DNA of 32,000 bases from Dickeya dadantii NCPPB 898 (GTDB taxonomy: Bacteria > Pseudomonadota > Gammaproteobacteria > Enterobacterales > Enterobacteriaceae): assembly GCF_000406145.1 (NCBI RefSeq), contig NZ_CM001976.1:1390729-1422728 (forward strand), read 5' to 3'. A program made the translations under genes and the position numbers. The notes beneath the pieces were generated by a model that was not told where the DNA came from, did not search any database, and saw nothing but the letters and a program-made list of their open reading frames with translations. Positions 18,887 to 27,342 of this stretch are shown one piece after another; positions within the stretch are counted from its first letter, which is position 1; every line of letters begins with the position of its first letter.

Positions 18887-19863
18887 GCCTGCATCCCCGG
18901 CTGATGCTGCTGTCGATGGCGGGCGCGCTGGCGCTGCTGGCGGTGATCGCCGCCGGTAGCGGCGCGATGCCGGTGTCATTGACGCAGTTGATCAGCCTCC
19001 CGCTCGACAGTATGGCGTGGCAGGTGTGGCTGTACATTCGGCTGCCGCGGGTGGTGCTGGCGTTGCTGGTGGGGATGGCGCTGGCGCTGTCCGGCGCCGG
19101 GATGCAGGGGCTGTTCCGCAATCCGCTGGCGGACCCGGTATTGCTGGGGGTCAGCAGCGGGGCGGCCGTCGGCGTAGCGCTGGCGATACTGTTTCCGCTG
19201 GCGCTGCCGACACTGCTGGCGCTGTACCTGCCGCTGCTGGCCGCTTTTGTCGGCAGCCTGCTGATCATGCTGCTGCTGTTCTCCCTCAGCCTGTCGGGAG
19301 AACGTTCCCTGTCGCGCCTGCTGCTGGTGGGGATTGCCATCAACGCCATCGGCAGCGCCGTCACCGGCCTGCTGGCGTGGATCAGCAACGATCAGCAACT
19401 GCGCCAGCTGTCGCTGTGGGGTATGGGCAGTATGGCGCAGGCGCAATGGGTGACGGTGGCGTCGCTGGTGGTGCCGTGCGTGTGGTGGTTGCAGCGGCTG
19501 GCTTCGCCGCTCAATTTGCTGCAACTGGGCGACGAGGAAGCGCACTACCTTGGGGTGGATGTGCACCGCACCCGGCGTCGGATCGTCATTCTGTGCGCGG
19601 TGCTGGTGGCGGCGGCGGTGTCGGTCAGCGGGATCATCGTTTTTGTCGGCCTGATCACGCCGCACCTGATGCGGCTGCTGCTGGGCGCGGATCACCGCTG
19701 GTTGTTGCCGGGTACGACGCTGGGCGGGGCGCTGTTGCTGCTGTTGGCGGATACGCTGGCCCGCACGCTGGTGGTGCCGGCGGAGATGCCGGTCGGGTTA
19801 CTCACCGGCCTGGTGGGTGGCCCGTGGTTTTTGTGGTTGATTCTGAGGCGGCAACATGGCTGA
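18883..19863 (+). CDS. hmuU: Hemin ABC transporter permease (FecCD family)
   Basis: GTGA overlap with hmuT. Polytopic hydrophobic protein ending in the ...[18 protein letters not shown] motif typical of FecCD permeases. Confidence 0.9.
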   Translation: MSLHPRLMLLSMAGALALLAVIAAGSGAMPVSLTQLISLPLDSMAWQVWLYIRLPRVVLALLVGMALALSGAGMQGLFRNPLADPVLLGVSSGAAVGVALAILFPLALPTLLALYLPLLAAFVGSLLIMLLLFSLSLSGERSLSRLLLVGIAINAIGSAVTGLLAWISNDQQLRQLSLWGMGSMAQAQWVTVASLVVPCVWWLQRLASPLNLLQLGDEEAHYLGVDVHRTRRRIVILCAVLVAAAVSVSGIIVFVGLITPHLMRLLLGADHRWLLPGTTLGGALLLLLADTLARTLVVPAEMPVGLLTGLVGGPWFLWLILRRQHG

Positions 19864-20650
19864 ACCGCGTTTTGCGCCACTGGAGGCGCACCAGTTGAAT
19901 TACCAGGTGGCCGCCGGCCGGACCCTGATTGACGATGTGTCGCTGACGCTGGCTCAGGGCGAACTGGTGGCGTTGATCGGGCCTAACGGCGCGGGTAAAT
20001 CTACCCTGCTGCGGTTGTTGACCGGTTACCTGACCCCACAGCGCGGGGAATGCCGGCTTGATGGCCGGGCGTTGACAAGCTGGTCGCCGGGCGCGCTGTC
20101 GCGTCTGCGGGCGGTGATGCGTCAGGATAATACGCTGACCGCGTCGTTCCGCGTAGAACAGGTAGTGGCGATGGGACGAACCCCCTGGTGCGATACGCCG
20201 GAGCCGGAACTGGTGTCCGCGGTGCTGGCGTTGACCGGTTGCGAGCACCTGCGCCAGCGGTTGTATCCGCAATTGTCCGGCGGCGAGCAGCAGCGTGTCC
20301 GGCTGGCGCAGGCGCTGGCCCAGCTCTGGCGGGACGACGGCCCGCAAGGCTGGCTGTTTCTGGACGAGCCCACTTCGGCGCTGGATTTGTTCCATCAGCA
20401 ACGGCTGTTGCGATTGCTGAAGTCGCTGACCGAAGCAGGGAAACTGGCGGTGTGCTGCGTATTGCACGATCTCAATCTGGCGTCGTTATGGGCCGACCGG
20501 GTGGTGGTGATGCAAGGCGGCCGCAAGGTGGCGGAAGGGGTGCCGACGCAGGTGCTGACCGAAGCGGCGATTCAGCACTGGTATCAGGCGGAGGTGCTGG
20601 TCAGCCCGCACGGCGACACCGGTATGCCGCAGGTGGCGTTGCGCCGTTAA
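19856..20650 (+). CDS. hmuV: Hemin ABC transporter ATP-binding protein
   Basis: Walker A GPNGAGKST, signature LSGGEQQRV, Walker B WLFLDEPTSALD. Overlaps the hmuU stop. Confidence 0.92.
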   Translation: MAEPRFAPLEAHQLNYQVAAGRTLIDDVSLTLAQGELVALIGPNGAGKSTLLRLLTGYLTPQRGECRLDGRALTSWSPGALSRLRAVMRQDNTLTASFRVEQVVAMGRTPWCDTPEPELVSAVLALTGCEHLRQRLYPQLSGGEQQRVRLAQALAQLWRDDGPQGWLFLDEPTSALDLFHQQRLLRLLKSLTEAGKLAVCCVLHDLNLASLWADRVVVMQGGRKVAEGVPTQVLTEAAIQHWYQAEVLVSPHGDTGMPQVALRR

Positions 20651-20727
20651 AGACGTGCGTGGTGCGCCGGTGAAGCGCGTCGATGAAGAAAGACGTAAAA
20701 AGTTCGGCAATCATAATAACAACGATC

Positions 20728-20795
20728 GTACCCGATGGATTTCGAATTGCAGGAAAGCGGTTGACGCGCCGGCAACGCGAAGCTTGATGGGTATA
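20728..20795. repeat. Degenerate short-form ERIC-like palindromic element
   Basis: gtacccgatggatttcgaattgcaggaaagcgg...ccggcaacgcgaagcttgatgggtatac parallels the short ERIC at 246-309. Confidence 0.55.
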
Positions 20796-20874
20796 CAAGC
20801 GTAACCGATTGAAATAATACTGTTTGGCAATCCCTGAGCAAGAAGATAACGACATCCACTATTGAGGTTGCAGT

Positions 20875-23361
20875 ATGTTCTTGCACAACAAAGAAACGCA
20901 TCGCATCGGGTTAAACCGGATCATGTTGACCGGCATATTGACCGGTCTTGCCTGCCCGACGCTGGCGGCGGACGCTAACACAGCGACATCATCGACTACG
21001 ACGACATTACCGACTACGACGACATTACCGGCCGCGACGACATTACCGGCCGTGACGACATTATTGGCCACGACGGATAGAGGGACGAAAAAAGCCGCGC
21101 CGGCGGACAACGCCGCCGCCGGTTCATCCGGCGATCAGATGACGGTGATGTCGCCGCGCGTCACCAAACCGGGCACCACCATCAGGATGACCGACAGCGA
21201 CATGCAAAAGAACGGCGGCAACGACTTCGGTTCTATCATGCGCTATCAGCCGCTGGTGAGCGCCACCGGCGTCAGCGGCGGTTCCGGCGCGGGTAAAAGC
21301 GGGTTCGATCGCGGCGGGTATACCGGCTACAACATCCGTGGTCTGGAGAGCAACCGGGTGGCGATCGACGTAGACGGCATCCCGCTGCCCAACGCCACCG
21401 GCCGCAGTTACGCCGGGCGTCCGGGGTTGAATACCTTCGGCATCGGCCGTGATTACATTGACCCATACATGTACGGTCTGGTCAGTATCGACGCCGGCGC
21501 GACGCCGATCGAGCGCGCCAATAACGCCATCGGCGGCGCGGTGTCGTTCCGTCCTAAATCGCCCGATCAGTATTTATCGGCGCAGAAAGACCACTATGTC
21601 GGGTATCAGAGCGACTACGACTCCGCCAGCCGCAGCTGGCATAACGGCGTAACGGTCGCCGGCGGCGATCAGACCCTGCGCGGCATTGCGGTGGTCAGCC
21701 GCCGTGATGGACAGGAGACTCGCACCAACAGCGACCGTCTGTCCGCCTATCCGCTCAACTGGCACTCGACGGCGGTGATGACCTCGGCTATCTGGCAGCC
21801 TAACGATCAGCACCGTTTCACCGGGACGTTCGACTACTACAACAAGACGTCGCACACCCATTACGATGGCTGGAATAACGTCGGCTCCAGCATCGTCGGC
21901 ACCTCGCAGCAGGACAGCGACAGCGAACGCTGGAGCGGCAGCCTGCGCCACAGCTGGACCTCCGCCACCAATACCGGCTGGGTGGATGCGGTGGATTCCC
22001 GCGTCTACGCCCAGCGTTCCACCGCGAAAGATGACACCGACATGCCGCTGGACGACGGCAGCATGCAGCAGGTCAACTCCGACTACAACGTCAGAACCTA
22101 CGGCGTCGAAACCAGCCTGTTGAAATCCGTCGGCATGCACCAGTTCACCTGGGGCTTCAACGCCCAACAGTCCGATACCGAGCGTCCGTTCCATCAGTCG
22201 CCGGCGCAGACGGGGGCCAACGTCGTCATGCAGCCGGAAGCAGACAGCCGCAGCTACAGTCTGGGCGGCTTTGTGCAGGATAAGATGGAAGTCGAGCTGG
22301 CCGGCAAGACGCTGGCGATCACCCCTGGGGTACGGGTAGCGCATCAGAGCACCACGTCGCGCAACCTGTCCAGCCTGAGCGCGGGCAGCAGCGTGATCAC
22401 CGCAGGCGATGTGCAGTCGCTATACGGCAAGACCACCCGCGACACCGAAGTGCTGCCGTCGCTCAGTTTGCAGTATGAACTGACGCCGCGCCTGAGCACC
22501 TACCTGCAGTATCGCCGTGGCGCCCAGTTCCCGGACGCCAGCCAGCTGTACGGCTCCTGGAGTCTGGGTTCCAACTATGCCGGCCGTGCGCAGTACGCGT
22601 TGATCGGCAACAGCAATCTGGAAACCGAAACCAGCAACAACTATGAGTGGGGGCTGAAAGGCGACGTGACCGACGGCGTTAGCTTCCGCACCGCGGTGTT
22701 CTACAACGACTACAAGAACTTTATCGCCAGCACCCGCTACACCCGGGCGGCCAATCCGGAAAAGTTCACCAACGTACCGTCGAATATCTACACCGCTTAT
22801 CAGATGGAAAACCGCGACAAGGCGTATATCTACGGCGCGGAATTCAGCAGCCGCGTGCAGTGGGGCACCTGGTTTGACGCGCTCGGCGGGTTCAGCACCA
22901 CGCTGGCGGTCGGTTATAACGAAGGGAAATCGAAATCCCGCTATCTGGGCGACAAATACGTTGACCTCGACAGCGTAGCGCCGGTGAAAGCGGTGGTCGG
23001 CCTGGCCTGGGACGAAGCGAATAACCGCTACGGCGCCGCCATCACGTCTACGTTCCAGAAAGGCAAGCGCGCCACCGCCACCAACCGTCAAGGGTATAAC
23101 AATACCGGCGCGGCGCTGACCGACTCGACGACCGAGTACATGCGCGTGCCGGGGTACGGGCTGGTGGACTTGACCGCCTACTGGCGAGTGCTGCCGAATG
23201 TGCGGCTGAGCGGCGGCGTGTATAACCTGACTGACCGTAAATACTGGGACTACCTGAGCAGCCGCCAGCTGACGCTGAGCACCGCTCAGGATGGCTACAA
23301 CCGCGAACTGGCGGTGATGCCGGGACGTACCTTCCAACTGGGCGTCAATGTCGATTTCTGA
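20875..23361 (+). CDS. TonB-dependent outer-membrane receptor (heme/hemoglobin-receptor-like family)
   Basis: 828 aa. SD gaggt upstream. Long signal peptide, TonB-box-like DQMTVMSPR, plug motifs (NIRGLESNRVAIDVDGIPL), FRAP-like AQFP and NPNL-like NSNL boxes, and a C-terminal ...GRTFQLGVNVDF. Confidence 0.85.
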   Translation: MFLHNKETHRIGLNRIMLTGILTGLACPTLAADANTATSSTTTTLPTTTTLPAATTLPAVTTLLATTDRGTKKAAPADNAAAGSSGDQMTVMSPRVTKPGTTIRMTDSDMQKNGGNDFGSIMRYQPLVSATGVSGGSGAGKSGFDRGGYTGYNIRGLESNRVAIDVDGIPLPNATGRSYAGRPGLNTFGIGRDYIDPYMYGLVSIDAGATPIERANNAIGGAVSFRPKSPDQYLSAQKDHYVGYQSDYDSASRSWHNGVTVAGGDQTLRGIAVVSRRDGQETRTNSDRLSAYPLNWHSTAVMTSAIWQPNDQHRFTGTFDYYNKTSHTHYDGWNNVGSSIVGTSQQDSDSERWSGSLRHSWTSATNTGWVDAVDSRVYAQRSTAKDDTDMPLDDGSMQQVNSDYNVRTYGVETSLLKSVGMHQFTWGFNAQQSDTERPFHQSPAQTGANVVMQPEADSRSYSLGGFVQDKMEVELAGKTLAITPGVRVAHQSTTSRNLSSLSAGSSVITAGDVQSLYGKTTRDTEVLPSLSLQYELTPRLSTYLQYRRGAQFPDASQLYGSWSLGSNYAGRAQYALIGNSNLETETSNNYEWGLKGDVTDGVSFRTAVFYNDYKNFIASTRYTRAANPEKFTNVPSNIYTAYQMENRDKAYIYGAEFSSRVQWGTWFDALGGFSTTLAVGYNEGKSKSRYLGDKYVDLDSVAPVKAVVGLAWDEANNRYGAAITSTFQKGKRATATNRQGYNNTGAALTDSTTEYMRVPGYGLVDLTAYWRVLPNVRLSGGVYNLTDRKYWDYLSSRQLTLSTAQDGYNRELAVMPGRTFQLGVNVDF
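20995..21077 (+). repeat. In-frame 18-bp tandem repeat x about 4.6 in the receptor N-terminus
   Basis: actacgacgacattaccg x2, gccgcgacgacattaccg, gccgtgacgacattattg, gccacgacgga. These encode TTTTLP-TTTTLP-AATTLP-AVTTLL-ATT between the signal peptide and the TonB box. Confidence 0.9.
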
Positions 23362-23379
23362 TCGTCACTGAGCCTTTCC

Positions 23380-23416
23380 AACGGTCTTCTGCCGGTGTGG
23401 CGGAAGACCGTTTTTC
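23380..23416 (+). terminator. Rho-independent terminator after the receptor gene
   Basis: aacggtcttc / gaagaccgtt 10-bp stem followed by a T5 run. Confidence 0.85.
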
Positions 23417-23541
23417 CGCACGGCCTATCCTTCCTGTTTCTTCTGTGACGTTGGCTATTTCTTCAGGGTTAAAATGCTGTTTTAATTTACGTGACGAATT
23501 GACTTATAAGCGGATAACCGCACGCTCATCAGGGGACAAAT

Positions 23542-24684
23542 ATGGCAAAACACACAAGACTCGCCGCATGGGGCGGCGTGGCGGCGCTGCTGGCAACCAG
23601 CCTGTGGCCGCTGGCGTCATCGGCCGTGACCGCGGTATACGTGTCGGCGGCGGGGGACGGGGAAATTCGCGCCTATACGCTGAATACCAAAAACGGTCAG
23701 TTGACCGCTACCGGCTCGGTGACCGCCGGTCCGCAGGTAATGCCGATGGCGCTCAGCCCGGACAAGCGGCATCTGTACGCCGCGGTGCGCGGCAAGCCAT
23801 ACACGCTGGCTGGTTACGCCATCGACCGGAAGACCGGCGCGCTGAGCCCGGCCGGAACGGCGGCGCTGCCGGACAGCATGGCGTATATTTCCACCGATCG
23901 TACCGGGCGCTGGCTGCTCAGCGCCTCCTACGGCGGCAACAAGGTGGCGGTCAGCCCGATTGCGGCTGACGGTCGCGTGAGCGCCGAGGCGGTGCAGGTG
24001 CTGCCTACCGGGAAGAATGCGCACAGCATTATTGCCGACCGCCAGAACCGGTTTGTGCTGGTCAGCAATCTGGGTAGCGACCAGCTACAGCAGTTCCGTT
24101 TTGATGCCAAACACGGCCAACTGATTCCCAACTCTCCGGCCGAACTGGTGCTGCCGCCGGGCAACGGGCCGCGCCATTTGGTGCTGTCGCCGGATAACCG
24201 GACGCTGTACGTCAGTAATGAGCTGTCCGGCAAAGTGGCGCGTCTGTCGCTGAACAAGACCACCGGCCGGCTGACGCTGCGGGATTACACCGATGCCCTC
24301 CCGGCGGACGCGGGAATGCAACCCGGCACGGTCGACCCTAAAGCGCCGGGCATCGATAATCGCCCCAAAATCTGGAGTGCGGATTTGCGGCTGACGCCGA
24401 ACGGTCGTTTCCTGTATGTTTCCGAACGCACCAGCAGTACCCTTAGCCTGCTGCGGGTTACGCCCAAGAGCGGCCAACTGCGTTATGTGACGCGCTATCC
24501 CACCGAAACCCAGCCGCGCGGTATTCAGGTCGATCCCTGCGGCCGTTACCTGATCGCCAGCGGTGAAAAATCCGATCAGCTGTCGGTGTATCGCATCAAT
24601 CAAACCAGCGGCGAACTGACGCTGACCGGCCGATTCCCGACGGGTAAAGGCGCCAACTGGATTGAAATCGTCACGCTGCCGTAA
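23542..24684 (+). CDS. Lactonase-family 7-bladed beta-propeller protein (6-phosphogluconolactonase/YbhE-like) with N-terminal signal peptide
   Basis: ...PMALSPDKRHLYAA..., GPRHLVLSPDNRTLYVSNEL and ETQPRGIQVDPCGRYLIASGEKS are collinear with E. coli Pgl. It also has an extra MAKHTRLAAWGGVAALLATSLWPLASSA leader. Confidence 0.8.
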   Translation: MAKHTRLAAWGGVAALLATSLWPLASSAVTAVYVSAAGDGEIRAYTLNTKNGQLTATGSVTAGPQVMPMALSPDKRHLYAAVRGKPYTLAGYAIDRKTGALSPAGTAALPDSMAYISTDRTGRWLLSASYGGNKVAVSPIAADGRVSAEAVQVLPTGKNAHSIIADRQNRFVLVSNLGSDQLQQFRFDAKHGQLIPNSPAELVLPPGNGPRHLVLSPDNRTLYVSNELSGKVARLSLNKTTGRLTLRDYTDALPADAGMQPGTVDPKAPGIDNRPKIWSADLRLTPNGRFLYVSERTSSTLSLLRVTPKSGQLRYVTRYPTETQPRGIQVDPCGRYLIASGEKSDQLSVYRINQTSGELTLTGRFPTGKGANWIEIVTLP

Positions 24685-24734
24685 GCAAGGCAAGAGTAGC
24701 GCCGATGCGCGGGAAAAATGCGTTGATGCATGAA

Positions 24735-24755
24735 CCCCGCCCTGAACGGGCGGGG
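24735..24755. terminator. GC-rich hairpin between the convergent lactonase and dps genes
   Basis: ccccgccc-tgaac-gggcgggg. Confidence 0.55.
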
Positions 24756-24779
24756 CCAGGATGAGGAGTCAGGCCGGGG

Positions 24780-25265
24780 TTATTTCAGGTAGGCGTTGAA
24801 CATCCAGATCTGTTTTTCCTGTTCTTTGATGTAATCGGTCATCAACGACGCGGTGCCTTCATCGCTGGCGTCTGCCACCAGCGGCAGGATTTCACGCTGC
24901 TGTTGCAGCAGTACGGCGTAGCCGGCCAGCAACCCTTCCAGCGTTTTTTTGCCGTCGGTGGCGTTGACGTCTTCTTTAATGTCCGCCACTTTCAGGTAGT
25001 CGCTGTAGGCATGCAGCGGTTGTCCGCCCAGCGCCAGAATACGTTCCGCCAGTTCGTCGATTTTCAACAGCAGTTCGTTGTAGATTTCCTCAAACTTGGC
25101 GTGAAGTTCGAAAAAGGCCGCACCGGAAATGTTCCAGTGATAACCGCGCACATTCATGTACAGAATCTGGTAGTTGGCCAGCAAGGTGTTCAGTTTGGCG
25201 GCAATCTTTTCAGACTGCTGCACATCCAGGCCAATCGGGCTCTTTTTCTTTTTACTGCCTGACAT
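24780..25265 (-). CDS. dps: Dps-family DNA-protection/ferritin-like protein
   Basis: Lys-rich tail MSGSKKKKS. ...NVRGYHWNISGAAFFELHAKFEE...DELAERI... carries the ferroxidase-centre H/E/D pattern of the Dps family. SD aaggagag. Confidence 0.88.
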   Translation of the reverse strand: MSGSKKKKSPIGLDVQQSEKIAAKLNTLLANYQILYMNVRGYHWNISGAAFFELHAKFEEIYNELLLKIDELAERILALGGQPLHAYSDYLKVADIKEDVNATDGKKTLEGLLAGYAVLLQQQREILPLVADASDEGTASLMTDYIKEQEKQIWMFNAYLK

Positions 25266-25360
25266 ATAACGCTCTCCTTTCTGTCAATCGCGTATGGGTT
25301 CGCCATGAACATCAGTCCCGGCATGTACTCGCGTGCCGGGCAATGTGACGGCCTTTTGAT

Positions 25361-25503
25361 CATAGACCAGAAACATGAACCAGAAACATGGACCAGAAAC
25401 ATGAACCAGAAACATGGACCAGAAACATGAACCAGAAACATGAACCAGAAACATGAACCAGAAACATGAACCAGAAACATGAACCAGAAACATAGACCAG
25501 AAA
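25361..25503. repeat. Tandem repeat 13 bp x 11 (143 bp) upstream of dps
   Basis: Eleven head-to-tail copies of cat[ga][ag]accagaaa, counted by hand. It begins 96 bp upstream of the dps ATG and lies downstream of pip. Confidence 0.95.
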
Positions 25504-25641
25504 CCGCTGTCCCAGCTCCACCGGGTGGGCTGGCTCACCCTTTATAAAACGATTCTGTGAATAAACGTTTGCGACGTATCAACTTTTTGAAGCCGTGCCC
25601 CCGACCGCCGATGTGCGGCTATCGGGCGGTGCAAGGCGGCA

Positions 25642-26535
25642 TCAGGGCAGACGGCCCAGAAACTCACCGACCACCGCCATGCAGGTGGCGCGTTCTTCCA
25701 CATGCGGCATGTGGCTGGAGTGCTTAAATATCACCCATTCACTGTTACGGATACGATCGACGAAAGGTTGCACCACCTCGGGAGCCGCTTCGTCGTGCTC
25801 GCCGGATATCAGCAAGGTCGGCACGTCGATGGCAGGCAGGCGATCGATAATACTCCAGTCTTTCATGGAGCCGATGACGTGGAACTCGGTCGGCCCGTTC
25901 ATGGCGTGGTAGACGCTCGGATCGTCGTCCATGGCCGCGAAGGTGCGCTTCACCTCGTCCGGCCAGGGATCAAGCCGGCAAACATGGCGCTGGTAGAACA
26001 CCTGACTGGCGGCGCGGTAGGCGTCGCTGTCCAGCATGCCGGCCTGTTCGTGAGCCAGCAGCGTGGCCTGTACCTCCGGCGGCAGCGCGGCGCGCAGCCG
26101 GGCGGCGGCGGATAGCCACAGCGCCATGGACGCGGGCGAGTTGGCAATCACCAGCCCCTGTAGCCCGGCCGGTTGCCGCACGGCGTGTTCCGCCGCCAGC
26201 ATGCCGCCCCACGATTGCCCCAGTAAGGCGTAGCGCTGCGCGATGCCAAGATGGCGCAGCAGGTTGTCGAGCTCATCCAGAAACAGCGCGACCTGCCAGA
26301 ATTCGGCCGGCTTGTCGCGCAAATGGGTAGAGCGGCCGTTGCCGATCTGGTCGTAATGGATCACCGCCCGGCCGGTTTGGGCGAGGTCGCGAAACGCGTC
26401 CACGTAGTCGTGGGTGCAACCAGGGCCGCCGTGCGCCACCACCAGCGGCGTGAGCGGCGAGGCGAGATCGCCGCAGACCCGATACCAGGTCTGGTACTCG
26501 CGAAAAGGGGCATACCCCTCACTGACGTTATACAT
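25642..26535 (-). CDS. pip: Proline iminopeptidase-family alpha/beta hydrolase
   Basis: HGGPG oxyanion motif and GQSWGG nucleophile elbow, about 297 aa from [11 protein letters not shown]. Alternative starts at 26553 and 26622 are less well supported. Confidence 0.85.
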   Translation of the reverse strand: MYNVSEGYAPFREYQTWYRVCGDLASPLTPLVVAHGGPGCTHDYVDAFRDLAQTGRAVIHYDQIGNGRSTHLRDKPAEFWQVALFLDELDNLLRHLGIAQRYALLGQSWGGMLAAEHAVRQPAGLQGLVIANSPASMALWLSAAARLRAALPPEVQATLLAHEQAGMLDSDAYRAASQVFYQRHVCRLDPWPDEVKRTFAAMDDDPSVYHAMNGPTEFHVIGSMKDWSIIDRLPAIDVPTLLISGEHDEAAPEVVQPFVDRIRNSEWVIFKHSSHMPHVEERATCMAVVGEFLGRLP

Positions 26536-26742
26536 AACGCATACCTTTTTCATGATGGACAGGCACACGCTACCGCCGGCGCATGGCGGTGAATAGCTAG
26601 CAAAAATACGAGGTTGTGCCATGACGGAAAAAGGCGTCTGAATAACGAGGATTTATCGGGAGGAAATTATCCGTATTTCTCTGTTAATCGGAAAGACATT
26701 GTTTTCCATCAATGTCTTTTATTATTTACCCATTGAGAGTTA

Positions 26743-26869
26743 TATACCCTTCATACTTCAAGTTGCAGGTGTGTTGGCTGCGCTCGTTCACCCGAATCAC
26801 TTACCTGAGTAAGCTCATCGGGATTCACTCTCTTGCCGCCTTCCTGCAACTCGAATTATTTTGGGTATA
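26743..26869 (-). repeat. Full-length ERIC/IRU element (127 bp, inverted relative to 5438-5563)
   Basis: Near-identical reverse complement of the 5438 copy, including the core cacccgaatcacttacctgagtaagctcatcgggattcac. Confidence 0.9.
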
Positions 26870-26987
26870 GGTTTATATCCATATATTTTTCCATTCTGAT
26901 AGATTGTATTATCCATACTGGTTTATTTATCCTGACGTTATCGGTTTTATATTTATTGTAATGATATTAATGGGATTTTAGAAAATC

Positions 26988-27323
26988 ATGCCAAATCCTT
27001 TTACGGCGTCATGGAGCCGCAACGGTAATCTTTTGTGTCACGGTCACTGGATTATTCATTATCTGGACCACGCGTTTGAATTGCCGGAAAAATACCGTGA
27101 ACAGCATTTGGGAACGCTGGGTATTTATTCGGTGATTGATCCGGACGACGAGCTCTATCGGGAAGGGCTGGATGAAGATGACTGGATTCTGGAAAACGTC
27201 GACTGGCTGGCGGACTGTTTCGAATTGCACCAGGTGCCGATTGAAGAGGGGTATTTCCGCTTTTTCTATCAGGCCGTCAATCCGCACGACTGGCGCTGTA
27301 CCAGCTGCGCCGGGTGTATGTGA
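26988..27323 (+). CDS. Hypothetical acidic protein (111 aa) with C-terminal CxxCxGC motif
   Basis: Clean ORF with an ATG start, preceded by very AT-rich DNA. The protein ends ...HDWRCTSCAGCM. No family recognised. Confidence 0.5.
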   Translation: MPNPFTASWSRNGNLLCHGHWIIHYLDHAFELPEKYREQHLGTLGIYSVIDPDDELYREGLDEDDWILENVDWLADCFELHQVPIEEGYFRFFYQAVNPHDWRCTSCAGCM

Positions 27324-27342
27324 CGGTACTGAGAAGGCTGTG

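Noticed and set aside
20708-20726. Possible Fur box (gcaatcataataacaacga) upstream of the TonB-dependent receptor.
   Set aside because: It has only a scattered match to the Fur consensus and is much weaker than the 16899-16917 site. The data are insufficient to call it.
25190-25538. Minus-strand ORFs (25190-25480 and 25284-25538) with the periodic peptide MFLVHVSGSCFW; CRISPR identity was also considered for this array.
   Set aside because: The periodic peptides are artefacts of translating the 13-bp x 11 repeat (39-bp super-period). It is not CRISPR because the units are contiguous with no spacers and are only 13 bp long.
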